A stretch of 64,000 nt of DNA from Marine Group II euryarchaeote MED-G34 (GTDB taxonomy: Archaea > Thermoplasmatota > Poseidoniia > Poseidoniales > Thalassarchaeaceae). The stretch lies in NCBI GenBank assembly GCA_002457605.1, contig NTJT01000001.1, forward strand, positions 15,269-79,268, read 5' to 3'. The position numbers were made by a program, and so were the translations under genes. Shown here piece by piece: positions 55,300-64,000 of this stretch (positions within the stretch are counted from its first letter, which is position 1; the number at the start of each line of letters is the position of its first letter). The notes under the pieces were generated by a model, which made no database searches, was not told the origin of the DNA, and worked only from the letters and a program-made list of their open reading frames with translations.

Positions 55300-57615
55300 G
55301 TGAGCGATACAAAGAACGAGTGGCAACTCCTTGTTCCGATTATACCCTTCCTACTAGTCGCCCCATCGCTCAAATTCTTGGCTGACTGGGAGTCCGTCGA
55401 AGCCGCCTTTCTCATCGTGGTCGTGCCTCTGCTGACCTTCCCAGCTATACTGATCCTCGGACAGTTGTACAATGGTAACGAGACTTGGAAGCACCGCTAC
55501 AAGGAGGGAGGGATATTCGCTCTCGGTTCACTTGCTCTCTCGCTCAGCATCGCTATTTGGATACTCTACGACTACATCGTAGGATCCGCCCACTTCGAAG
55601 CGCATTCAGTGGTCGACCCGTTCTCGTGGCTGACTTTCGATGTAATCGAGCAGACCGGCGCACAATGGGAAGTTAGCACGGGCTTCGCTGACATCGGAGT
55701 CGGTGTCTGGATAGACTCGGTCACTCTAATGCTGCTGTTCGTAGCCACCTTCCTATGCTTCCTGATATGTTGGTTCAGCCTTGGTTACATGAACACGGAC
55801 AAGATCAACGAAGACAGTAATCACCGCTTCTACGGAGAGTTCGTTCTATTCGCCATCGGCATGTTTGGCATGGTGTTGGCTGACAACTTCTTGTGGCTAT
55901 TCATTTTCTGGGAGATAATGGGGCTTTGCTCCTACCTTCTCATCGGCTTCTACTACTGGAAAGATAGCGCAGCCTATGCCGCCAAGAAAGCCTTCCTGAC
56001 CACTCGCGTGGGTGATGTGTTCCTGATGGTCGGCCTTCTGATACTCTACGACATCTACGGCTCTCTGGACTTCGCGGTAATCTTCGATGATCCCTCAACC
56101 GGGGTCGGAGGTGCGATAGTAGAATCTGGTGAGTTGTTTTGGGCTCTGCTGATGTTATTCATCGGGGCAGTGGGCAAGTCAGCCCAGTTCCCTCTCCATG
56201 TCTGGCTACCTGACGCCATGGAGGGCCCGACTCCGGTGTCTGCCCTCATACACGCCGCGACCATGGTGAACGCCGGGCTTTACCTCGTTGTACGGATGGT
56301 ACCTTTCGTCGATATCCACGTCGACGGCGTTGCCGGACTCGAAGATTTCGCACTGATAGTCGCCTGGATTGGCGGCATCACGGCGTTCATGGCAGCAGCC
56401 ATCGCATTCGTGCAGAACGACATCAAGAAAGTTCTCGCATACTCAACAATGAGCCAGTTGGCCTACATCTTTACTGGATTGGGCGCCGGTCTGTTGTTCC
56501 TCAATATTGGCGAACATCACGCGGGCTACTTCGTCATTGGCGCTTCGATGTTCCATTTGTTCAACCATGCCATGGCCAAGGGAATGCTCTTCATGGCCAG
56601 TGGCTCAGTCATCCACGAGATGCATCACGCGCACGATCACGTGCGCGAGCTCAGTGAGAAATACAGTACGAACGAAGGTGACGACCACGGTGACTTCGAC
56701 CCGCAGGATATGCGCATCATGGGGGGCCTTGCTGCTAGGATGCCGGTCACAGCCACGGCTATGATGTTCGGATCGATGTCCATCATAGGTATCCCACTCA
56801 TCGGCGGCTTCTGGTCCAAAGAAGGCATCATCGCTGAGACTTGGAAAGCCTGTTTGGAAGAGGAGCCACTGATGTTCGTCCCGGCTATGTTGGTGTTGGC
56901 AACTGCGGGTATGACTGGCTTCTATATGACTCGGATGTGGCTGATGACATTCGCTGGACCACCGAAGAGCGAGGTTGTCGGACATGTTCACGAGGAGACA
57001 CCGTGGATCAAGGAGCCGTTAATTGTCCTCTCCATCATTACCGCGATTGGGGGCTTCGCACTCGCTCTTTTCGGCGCCATAGAGTATCTAGGCGATCCTG
57101 AGTACGACCATCTCTCATTCCATGGCATACTCTACACGTTAGAACACGCCTTCTTACCCGAAGACAATAATCTCAGGTTGGTTGGCTGGACCACCATACT
57201 CATCGCCATGGTCATCGGTCCTGTGATGGCATCGCGAATTCACGGCGGTAGGCTAATCGACGGTGTCGAGGCGAGTCCGCTAGTCTCTTGGCTAGTCAAT
57301 TTGTCAAGCAGGTTTGGTTCGCAAGATGTCTCTGAACTAGCGGACTCTCAGCTCGCTGAGGCACTCCAGAGGAGACTATACTTCGATGACCTCTACGAGA
57401 TGACCCTCGCCAAGACGGCGACCCCCCTCGCCGGACTCTCGGCTTGGTTCGACAAGAACGTCATTGATGGCGTAATCAAGCAGATTGAGTCTAACTCCTC
57501 AGCCGGCTCGTTGCAAGTCAGAAGAATCACCACTGGCAGTGCTCGTGACTACATTCTGATGGCTGTGGTCGGAATGCTCTCTATATTCGCACTGGTGTGG
57601 GGGGTGAGCGCTTGA
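55300..57615 (+). CDS. nuoL: NADH-quinone oxidoreductase subunit L (antiporter-like, with a long C-terminal amphipathic helix). A His/Asp-rich insertion follows the conserved HH motif.
   Basis: WLPDAMEGPTPVSALIHAATMVNAGLYL block. C-terminal RLYFDDLY...FDKNVIDGV region. The insertion reads SVIHEMHHAHDHVRELSEKYSTNEGDDHGDFDPQDMRIMGGL. GTG start. Confidence 0.9.
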   Translation: MSDTKNEWQLLVPIIPFLLVAPSLKFLADWESVEAAFLIVVVPLLTFPAILILGQLYNGNETWKHRYKEGGIFALGSLALSLSIAIWILYDYIVGSAHFEAHSVVDPFSWLTFDVIEQTGAQWEVSTGFADIGVGVWIDSVTLMLLFVATFLCFLICWFSLGYMNTDKINEDSNHRFYGEFVLFAIGMFGMVLADNFLWLFIFWEIMGLCSYLLIGFYYWKDSAAYAAKKAFLTTRVGDVFLMVGLLILYDIYGSLDFAVIFDDPSTGVGGAIVESGELFWALLMLFIGAVGKSAQFPLHVWLPDAMEGPTPVSALIHAATMVNAGLYLVVRMVPFVDIHVDGVAGLEDFALIVAWIGGITAFMAAAIAFVQNDIKKVLAYSTMSQLAYIFTGLGAGLLFLNIGEHHAGYFVIGASMFHLFNHAMAKGMLFMASGSVIHEMHHAHDHVRELSEKYSTNEGDDHGDFDPQDMRIMGGLAARMPVTATAMMFGSMSIIGIPLIGGFWSKEGIIAETWKACLEEEPLMFVPAMLVLATAGMTGFYMTRMWLMTFAGPPKSEVVGHVHEETPWIKEPLIVLSIITAIGGFALALFGAIEYLGDPEYDHLSFHGILYTLEHAFLPEDNNLRLVGWTTILIAMVIGPVMASRIHGGRLIDGVEASPLVSWLVNLSSRFGSQDVSELADSQLAEALQRRLYFDDLYEMTLAKTATPLAGLSAWFDKNVIDGVIKQIESNSSAGSLQVRRITTGSARDYILMAVVGMLSIFALVWGVSA

Positions 57616-59213
57616 TAGACGACCCTCTGTCAGTAATCACACTCGTCCCATTGGCTATGGGACTAATCTTGATGATACTCCCGAGAGTTCTTCCGAATTC
57701 ATCTGCAGAGGGGCTAATACGAGTTTCAAGGAACATCAGCATGGGCGTCGCCCTTGCTATAGCTACTATCACGACCATGTTGTTCCTAGGCCAAGTAGGC
57801 AGCATCGACTGGACTAATATCACGCAAGGCGGATACGTTCTCCAGAATGAAGCGGTTGACCTCATTCCCGCCATTGGCGTTACTTGGAAGGTCGGGGCTG
57901 ACGCCCTTTCCTTCCCGATGATTTGGCTGACTGCCATTCTCATACCAATCTCGATGCTGGTTGAATGGGATGCCAAGCGAGGACACCTCTTCTTCCCACT
58001 GCTGTTGGTGATGGAGGGTGCCCTACTGGGTGTATTCGTAGTTCTCGACCTGTTCGTATTCTATGTGTTCTGGGAGCTGACCCTGATTCCGATGTTCCTC
58101 CTGATTCTACTCTGGGGTGGGGAAGATCGGCGCTATGCGGCGATGAAGTTCTTCATCTATACATTCACAGCCAGTGTCTTCATGCTCATCGGAATTCTCG
58201 TGATGTACTTCCATACAGAAGCTATAGCAGGTTTGGGAAGTCTGTCCGGCCATCACTTCGACCTCGTGGCCATGACTGCTCAAGAGAATCTGATTCCGAG
58301 CGAGGGGCTGAGGCACTTCGTCTGGCTTCTCCTGTTAATTGGATTCGCTACCAAAATGCCCAGCGTACCTGTGCATACATGGCTGCCTGATGCCCACGTT
58401 CAGGCTCCGACGGCAGGTTCGATGTTGTTGGCCGGAGTGATGCTGAAGATGGGAGCTTATGGATTCCTGAGAATCTCAGTCACAGTATTCCCCGAGTCTA
58501 CCATAGAGTTCGTACCCCTGTTGATTTTCCTTGGGATGGTCAGCCTCGTATACGGCGCATGGGTGTGCATGGGACAGACCAATCTCAAGCGAATGGTTGC
58601 CTATTCATCAGTCTCCCACATGGGTCTGATTTTCCTCGGTATCGCCACTATGCAGCCGTTGGGTTTCGCTGGTGCACTGTTCATGATGTTCGCTCACGGA
58701 ATAATCAGCCCGCTGCTATTCGCTGTGGCTGGGGCGTTCAAGCACCACTATCATACTCTGGAAATCGGATCGATGCGCGGTATTGCGCACCACAGCCCCT
58801 GGTTGGCTGCCCATATGATGCTCGGCTGGATGGCTAGTCTTGGACTCCCTCTCCTAGCCGGATTCGTCGCTGAAATCGCCATATTGATTGCATTCTGGAT
58901 GACCTATGGATGGTTAGTTCTACTACCTGCACTAACCCTGATTGTCACTGCAGTCTACTACCTGAATTCGATGCAGAGGACCATCTTTGAGTCCAACGAT
59001 CCTGAGCAAGGCATACTCCCGGAAACTCTGCATGGCGAAGATCCCAGTGACCTGACCTGGCACGAGAATGCTGGGATGATGACTCTCGCAGCGATGACGG
59101 CGCTGTTCGGTATTATGCCATTCATCTTCTGGGACATGATGTCGAACTGGAGTTCTGGATTTGTCATCGACACTATGATTGAAGCCATGCAGACACAGGA
59201 GTGGAGTCCATGA
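57597..59213 (+). CDS. nuoM: NADH-quinone oxidoreductase subunit M
   Basis: TWLPDAHVQAPTAGSMLLAGVMLKMGAYGFLR block. The start is uncertain. The ORF track uses GTG 57597, which overlaps the nuoL end. TTG 57612 and ATG 57657 are alternatives. Confidence 0.9.
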   Translation: MGGERLIDDPLSVITLVPLAMGLILMILPRVLPNSSAEGLIRVSRNISMGVALAIATITTMLFLGQVGSIDWTNITQGGYVLQNEAVDLIPAIGVTWKVGADALSFPMIWLTAILIPISMLVEWDAKRGHLFFPLLLVMEGALLGVFVVLDLFVFYVFWELTLIPMFLLILLWGGEDRRYAAMKFFIYTFTASVFMLIGILVMYFHTEAIAGLGSLSGHHFDLVAMTAQENLIPSEGLRHFVWLLLLIGFATKMPSVPVHTWLPDAHVQAPTAGSMLLAGVMLKMGAYGFLRISVTVFPESTIEFVPLLIFLGMVSLVYGAWVCMGQTNLKRMVAYSSVSHMGLIFLGIATMQPLGFAGALFMMFAHGIISPLLFAVAGAFKHHYHTLEIGSMRGIAHHSPWLAAHMMLGWMASLGLPLLAGFVAEIAILIAFWMTYGWLVLLPALTLIVTAVYYLNSMQRTIFESNDPEQGILPETLHGEDPSDLTWHENAGMMTLAAMTALFGIMPFIFWDMMSNWSSGFVIDTMIEAMQTQEWSP

Positions 59214-60907
59214 GTTCGATGATTAGCGACATGGACCTGGCCACTACTCAACTCATCCTGCCCGAGTTACTGATGCTTGGCGGTATCCTCACGATGATAC
59301 TTGTCCCGAATTTCGGGAATGCGACGATGCGAATCCCACTGACGAGTATCCGAATTCCGGTTCTGTTCGGTGGCACCAGATTCGCTACTACTAACAATCC
59401 AAAACTCCCGAATCAGATAGCGACGACCACCCTCGCTCTAGCATTCATGACTTCCTTACTATTCCTAAGCGAAGAGGGTGAGGTAGGCAACTCACTGTAC
59501 GTGAACGAGTTCAGTCGGATATTCACTCTTGTATTCACCACTGCACTCCTGCTTGCCTCTCTAGCGACGACTGCTCGACTACCTGCTAGGCCAACGGCTT
59601 CGGCACCACTCGACACTGATTCTATAGCCAACTCTGATGCCAAGGTCAACGCGCTGATAGACAATCGACGACAGGTCGATTTCCACATCTTACTGCTTAC
59701 CACAGGGCTCGGGATGAGCTTGATGGCAATGGCAACTAATCTGTTCATGCTGTTCGTGTGTCTTGAGCTTGCATCACTGTCATCCTACATCCTCGTGGCA
59801 TTCCACAAAGAGACTGATGTTGGTGGAGAGGCCGGCACGAAGTACTTCATTGTCGGCTCAGTAGTCTCAGCGATTGGCATCTACGGGATGTCGCTGCTGT
59901 ATTTATGGAACGGCAGTCTTGACATGACCGATCTAGCAGCCTCATGGGATGCGATGGAAGGAATGGATCCGTTGGCGACCATCGGCGTCGGCCTGATGCT
60001 GGTCGCATTTGGCTTCAAGGTCGGTGCAGCCCCATTCCATCTGGCCGTTCCCGATGCCTACGCCGGCGCATCTTCTCCGGTCGCAGGAGTACTGGCAACG
60101 GCCTCTAAGGCGATGGGTTTTGTCGCCCTCATGCGACTCCTACTCGTGGTTACAATGCCCTCAACAGGGCAGGCCTTCTGGTTTCTCACACTGGCGATAG
60201 TCGCCGTGGTGACGATGACTTGGGGCAACCTCGCAGCGCTAACCAGCGATAACCCGAAGCGGATACTAGCCTATTCTAGCGTAGCCCACGCAGGATACAT
60301 TCTCGCAGCACTCGCTGCAATTGGCTCTGGACTAGCCGACTCAGACATGTCCACGCTCATAGTCACCGCTGTGGTGTTCCATCTCGTCGTGCTTGTGCTG
60401 TTCAAGTTGGGCGCCTTCCTAATTCTCTCGATGCTTGAGGCAGAAGGCAAGGGTCACAAGATGGAGGACCTACATGGACTGGGTCGACGCGATCCTGTAA
60501 TCGCAGCGTCTATGTTTGTGTTCATGCTTTCTCTCGCTGGGGTCCCGCCACTCTCCGGTTTTCTCTCCAAACTGCTGATGATTAACGGAATAGTCAACGT
60601 ATCAGCTGGCACCAGCTCTGCATCAGCGGCCACCGCGCTATCTTGGGCACAGGGGGTTGACCCGGTGTTCTGGCTCGCAGTCGCCATCGTGCTGAACAGT
60701 GCACTGTCACTGTTCTACTACCTAAGAATCGGCTTGGTGATGTTCTTTGAGTCTCCAGTCACTGATAATCCCCTCAAGCGCTCCTCATCTCTGAGGATGG
60801 CCATCATCGCATGTGCCATGCTGACACTACTCTTCGGAATTGGTCCGTTGAGCAACTCACTGCTCGACATGGTAGGCTCCGCAGTCGACTCCTTCATGGG
60901 TAGTTGA
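59210..60907 (+). CDS. nuoN: NADH-quinone oxidoreductase subunit N
   Basis: LVAFGFKVGAAPFHLAVPDAYAGASSPVAGVLATASK block. ATG at 59210 overlaps the nuoM stop (ATGA). Confidence 0.85.
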   Translation: MSSMISDMDLATTQLILPELLMLGGILTMILVPNFGNATMRIPLTSIRIPVLFGGTRFATTNNPKLPNQIATTTLALAFMTSLLFLSEEGEVGNSLYVNEFSRIFTLVFTTALLLASLATTARLPARPTASAPLDTDSIANSDAKVNALIDNRRQVDFHILLLTTGLGMSLMAMATNLFMLFVCLELASLSSYILVAFHKETDVGGEAGTKYFIVGSVVSAIGIYGMSLLYLWNGSLDMTDLAASWDAMEGMDPLATIGVGLMLVAFGFKVGAAPFHLAVPDAYAGASSPVAGVLATASKAMGFVALMRLLLVVTMPSTGQAFWFLTLAIVAVVTMTWGNLAALTSDNPKRILAYSSVAHAGYILAALAAIGSGLADSDMSTLIVTAVVFHLVVLVLFKLGAFLILSMLEAEGKGHKMEDLHGLGRRDPVIAASMFVFMLSLAGVPPLSGFLSKLLMINGIVNVSAGTSSASAATALSWAQGVDPVFWLAVAIVLNSALSLFYYLRIGLVMFFESPVTDNPLKRSSSLRMAIIACAMLTLLFGIGPLSNSLLDMVGSAVDSFMGS

Positions 60908-60951
60908 TTAGGTATGCTCAACTTCACATAGGGGACTCTCGACGCAGCCCC

Positions 60952-61470
60952 ATGGCCCGTAGGGAAGAGAAGGTCGACACAGAACTTCTAGCTCGGCTAG
61001 AATCCGGTGGCGACCGCATCCGCGTCCCCCTTCCAAACCGGAAGGTGAACGAGATGTTTGCAATCGCCGACCAGATTCTCGGTGGCCGCAGGGTCAGGGC
61101 AGTCTGTGAGGATGGCGATAGCCGCCTCGCTCGCATCCCAGGTAAGATGCGACGCCGGCAGTGGGTGCGCGAGGGCGATCTCATCGTGGTACAGCCTTGG
61201 GACTTCCAAGATGAGAAGGCCAATGTTTGCATGCGCTACACCAAGACACAGTCTCTCTACCTCTCTAGAAAGGGAGTGCTCCCAGAGATTGTGGATTTGT
61301 TTGGCATGTCCAATCTTGAGGAAGTAGAAGGCATCGACATCGAGACTACGGACGACGAGAAGTCACCCGAGAATGAGTCCGAACCACAGGTAACGGAAAC
61401 TATCGAGTCCGAACCTGAAACCACTCCGACCCAAGCTCCTGAGGATGACATAGATTCGTTCTTTGGGTGA
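60952..61470 (+). CDS. eif1a: Translation initiation factor aIF-1A with a roughly 70-aa acidic C-terminal tail
   Basis: S1-like OB fold matching eIF1A (RVRAVCEDGDSRLARIPGKMRRRQWVREGDLIVVQPWDFQDEKANVCMRY), followed by a D/E/T/P-rich tail. ATG at 60952 was chosen over the ORF-track start at 60904. Confidence 0.8.
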   Translation: MARREEKVDTELLARLESGGDRIRVPLPNRKVNEMFAIADQILGGRRVRAVCEDGDSRLARIPGKMRRRQWVREGDLIVVQPWDFQDEKANVCMRYTKTQSLYLSRKGVLPEIVDLFGMSNLEEVEGIDIETTDDEKSPENESEPQVTETIESEPETTPTQAPEDDIDSFFG

Positions 61471-61474
61471 GAGT

Positions 61475-62356
61475 ATGTCGGATGAGATGGACGACTTTCC
61501 AGAACTCGACGCCCTGATGAGAGCGGAGAAGAAGCACGACTGGATGTCCGAGCCGCGCTTCAAGCGAATGTTCGATGAGATTGAGGATGGCCTGCAAGGA
61601 GTTCTCGGTAAGGGACGATACGAGTGGGTCGATAGACGAGTCTTTGATCAGGTCTTCGATCGCTCTACTCTGCTGGCGGTTCACAAGCTAATGCAGAAGG
61701 GAAAAATCGAGACAATCGACTACCCGATAGCTAGAGGCAAGGAGGCGCATGTTTTCCACGCTACCACCAATCATGGTCCAGTGGCCGTCAAGATATTCCA
61801 CACAACCAATGCGGTATTCAAGGGTCTGGCGAAGTACATCGACGGTGACCCGAGGTTCTCAGGCCTGTCACGCAGGCACCGCGAACTGGTGAACATCTGG
61901 GTGCGTAAGGAGTTACGAAACCTCAAGCGCATGCGTAAGCATGGACTACGTGTCCCGGAACCGATTGACAGTCTGAAGAATGTCCTCGTAATGGAATATA
62001 TCGGCGATGATAGGGGCGCCAGCCCCCGACTCAAGGACATCACCATCGATAAGCCATACGAGGTCTTCGAGGACCTGCTCGAGTTCGTAGCGATTAACTG
62101 GCAGACATGTGAACTCGTACACGCTGACTTCAGCGAATACAACATCCTCTGGCTCGACGGAGAGCCATGGATCATCGATGTCGGCCAAAGCGTAACCCGG
62201 CAACACCCCAGTTCAGAGGAGTTCCTAATCAGGGACGTGACTAGGCTAGTCGATTGGATAAATCGACAGGGACACAGCGTAGACCTAGCCGAAAGTCTAG
62301 CTAGAGTGCTCGACGACCCGGTTCCCTCACTCCCTTCGCTCTCGGGCGGAGATTAA
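61475..62356 (+). CDS. rio1: Serine/threonine protein kinase Rio1
   Basis: RIO domain (PIARGKEAHVFHA...VAVKIFH; catalytic LVHADFSEYNILW; metal-binding IIDVGQSV). Its position after aIF1A is conserved in archaea. ATG at 61475, with an ORF-track TTG at 61463. Confidence 0.85.
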   Translation: MSDEMDDFPELDALMRAEKKHDWMSEPRFKRMFDEIEDGLQGVLGKGRYEWVDRRVFDQVFDRSTLLAVHKLMQKGKIETIDYPIARGKEAHVFHATTNHGPVAVKIFHTTNAVFKGLAKYIDGDPRFSGLSRRHRELVNIWVRKELRNLKRMRKHGLRVPEPIDSLKNVLVMEYIGDDRGASPRLKDITIDKPYEVFEDLLEFVAINWQTCELVHADFSEYNILWLDGEPWIIDVGQSVTRQHPSSEEFLIRDVTRLVDWINRQGHSVDLAESLARVLDDPVPSLPSLSGGD

Positions 62357-62382
62357 AACAGGGCGGCGGGTCGGCCGCAGTC

Positions 62383-63114
62383 GTGGAGTATCTGGCACGC
62401 ATCCCGCAGGACCGCATTGCCGTGCTGATAGGCAAGGGCGGTGAGACCCGTCGTATGATTGAGGAGGCTTGTGGGGCGACCCTCGAAATTGACTCGAAGA
62501 GTGGTGAAGTGATGGCAGAATGGGGTGATGAGGGTGCAGACCCAATCGTCCGCATGAAGATGCCCGATGTCATAGTGGCCATCGGTCGTGGATTGGCTCC
62601 TAAGCGAGCCGTGCAGTTGATTCGGGACGAAGTATTTCTCAAGATGTACGATATCCGTGAGTGGGCCGGCAGGCAGCCCAATCAGACCCGTAGGATGAGG
62701 AGCAGACTGATTGGCAGGAACGGCCGTATCCGCAGCTTGATAGAGGAGATTTCCAGCTGTGAGATGGCGATATATGGCTCTACTGTACTGGTCATTGGAG
62801 ATGAGGACGGCCTCGCTCTGGCTGCACCCGCAATCGAAGGGATACTGCGCGGCTCTGAGCACAGTACTATCCTACACGGACTCGAGCAAGATCGTAAGCG
62901 ACAGAGGCTACGCTCACGCAGGCTTGAGAGCTATGAGGAACACAGTCCTGATGAATCATCCACCTTCGAAACACTGGTCCCAGGGCTGGCAGAGGCACGT
63001 AGACGCAGGGAGCGTCGTTACAGGGACTCACAGGTCGACCCCGACGACGAAGAGGAAGTCAGCAGCATGTTGGATCTCGCAGATGATGAAGAAATTGTCT
63101 ACGAGGAAGAGTGA
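62383..63114 (+). CDS. KH-domain RNA-binding protein (archaeal Dim2/Pno1-like, two KH domains) with an acidic C-terminal tail
   Basis: KH GXXG loops (VLIGKGGETRRMIEE and RLIGRNGRIRSLIEE). GTG start. It completes the conserved aIF1A-Rio1-KH trio. Confidence 0.75.
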   Translation: MEYLARIPQDRIAVLIGKGGETRRMIEEACGATLEIDSKSGEVMAEWGDEGADPIVRMKMPDVIVAIGRGLAPKRAVQLIRDEVFLKMYDIREWAGRQPNQTRRMRSRLIGRNGRIRSLIEEISSCEMAIYGSTVLVIGDEDGLALAAPAIEGILRGSEHSTILHGLEQDRKRQRLRSRRLESYEEHSPDESSTFETLVPGLAEARRRRERRYRDSQVDPDDEEEVSSMLDLADDEEIVYEEE

Positions 63115-63178
63115 CTCACACCGCCATGCATAAGCGTAGCGCACTTCACGGAATACCGTGTCTAATCCCCTTGAAGAG

Positions 63179-64000
63179 ATGTATGACTACGAGGAGTGGG
63201 CCACAAAACTCCTGTTTCTCGTCACTGGACTGGTCTTCGGTGGCGTCGCACTGAACGTCCTAGGCGTGGATAACCCCCTGACCGACTTTCTCTACGAGTA
63301 CTACTTCGATCCGGTGATCAGTGAGTCTAGCGGCGATGCCGGCTACAACGAAGTCAACACCATGACCTATGCGGCCCTGCTCATTTTGTTTGCCATTGCC
63401 CTCTCTGCATGGCTCCGTTATCTGGGGTTAGATGACAGCGATGCTATGATACTGGCACTGCTGCCCTATGTCCTATGGGCAGTTCTCGGTGAAATCGTGG
63501 AGGATGCCAACATGTTCGATGCCTCACTCGAGTCCTATTTCGTCAGCCCCGGCATCCACTTCCAAACAGCAGCATGGGTCATCATCGCTGGGGCTTTCGG
63601 ATACCTAATCTCCAACAGCGATTCTGTGTCGGAAGAAGACATGATATCCAAGGTTGATAGCGCTGCGACGATTCTTATTCTCGCACAGATTGTTATCTAC
63701 TACACCTCTATCGATGCCGGTTCAGTTACTTCTTCTGCAGGCTTCGACGATACTGCAATGGTGGTGTGCTTCATCGTCGCCCTGCTCGTACCTACTCTGA
63801 TGATCAATAAACCGTTATTCGGCTTCACGCTCGTCCAGCGCTGTGTCTTCATAGTCGGTCTGGGAGGATCAATCGCGCTTTTCGGGCCCCTGCTTTCGTT
63901 TGGTATCAGCAACCCCGACCAAGTCATACTATGGCCGTTGGCAGTAGTCATCGGTGCGCCGGCAGTGCTCGTCTACCAGATGTATCAAACTGGTCTTCCA
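63179..64000 (+). CDS. Partial (N-terminal 274 aa) polytopic membrane protein, DUF63-like. It runs off the window end.
   Basis: Translated manually from ATG 63179 ([29 protein letters not shown]...), uninterrupted to position 64000 with six or more hydrophobic helices. It is absent from the ORF track because it has no stop. Confidence 0.45.
   Translation, partial: MYDYEEWATKLLFLVTGLVFGGVALNVLGVDNPLTDFLYEYYFDPVISESSGDAGYNEVNTMTYAALLILFAIALSAWLRYLGLDDSDAMILALLPYVLWAVLGEIVEDANMFDASLESYFVSPGIHFQTAAWVIIAGAFGYLISNSDSVSEEDMISKVDSAATILILAQIVIYYTSIDAGSVTSSAGFDDTAMVVCFIVALLVPTLMINKPLFGFTLVQRCVFIVGLGGSIALFGPLLSFGISNPDQVILWPLAVVIGAPAVLVYQMYQTGLP

Noticed and set aside
62759-63133. 124-aa plus-strand ORF in an alternate frame
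   Set aside because: It is fully contained within the KH-protein gene frame region and has no motif support.
1-64000. Mobile elements, integrases, transposases, toxin-antitoxin pairs and prophage genes
   Set aside because: No ORF showed recombinase, transposase or phage structural motifs. The GC content and codon usage look uniform, and the tRNAs are not flanked by direct repeats. The region appears to be core chromosome with one surface-protein island.

Overview
This 64 kb window is archaeal chromosomal DNA with about 55-57% GC. Three lines of evidence support that. First, it encodes archaea-specific information-processing genes: ribosomal proteins L21e and L15e, RNA polymerase subunit Rpo4/F, aIF-1A, Rio1 kinase, Pus10, an archaeal KH protein, and the conserved L21e-RpoF-DUF655-KsgA and aIF1A-Rio1-KH clusters. 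Second, tRNA-Tyr carries an intron at the canonical 37/38 position and has C1:G72. Third, there is a PGF-CTERM (archaeosortase-type) sorting signal and a split nuoJ. The acidic proteome, the many secreted peptidases, an amino-acid/Na+ symporter and the giant surface proteins point to a heterotrophic euryarchaeon (Thermoplasmatota/Poseidoniales-like or halophile-like); this placement is inference only.

Content from left to right:
- Metabolic and housekeeping genes: an amidohydrolase fragment, AIM24-family protein, FAH, DnaJ, an RND/MMPL exporter and a few small DUF genes.
- The translation/transcription cluster: Pus10, L21e, RpoF, DUF655, KsgA.
- An HhH/zinc-ribbon protein of unknown function, a ferredoxin, an M24 peptidase, PGK and tRNA-Thr.
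- A minus-strand operon that looks like glycosylation-precursor supply: HAD, UppS, Nudix, RidA, cupin, phosphomannomutase.
- gpmA and MscS.
- A translationally coupled operon: M14 carboxypeptidase, SNF symporter, Nnr, GtrA, HisRS.
- A Cys-rich PGF-CTERM protein, FtsZ, tRNA-Tyr and L15e.
- A roughly 15 kb island of giant secreted or anchored proteins (34.2-48.9 kb). It includes an S8 subtilase and two proteins whose cytoplasmic tails end in Cys4 zinc ribbons.
- An 11-gene complex I operon, nuoABCDHIJ1J2KLMN. It lacks NuoEFG and several subunits carry unusual insertions.
- aIF1A, Rio1, a KH protein and a partial DUF63 membrane protein.

I found no transposases, integrases, CRISPR arrays or rRNA. 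The ORF track uses GTG/TTG as well as ATG starts, so several start coordinates are uncertain. The most unusual feature is the surface-protein/protease island: its members carry intracellular zinc-ribbon tails, and GC-rich hairpins sit at its gene junctions.
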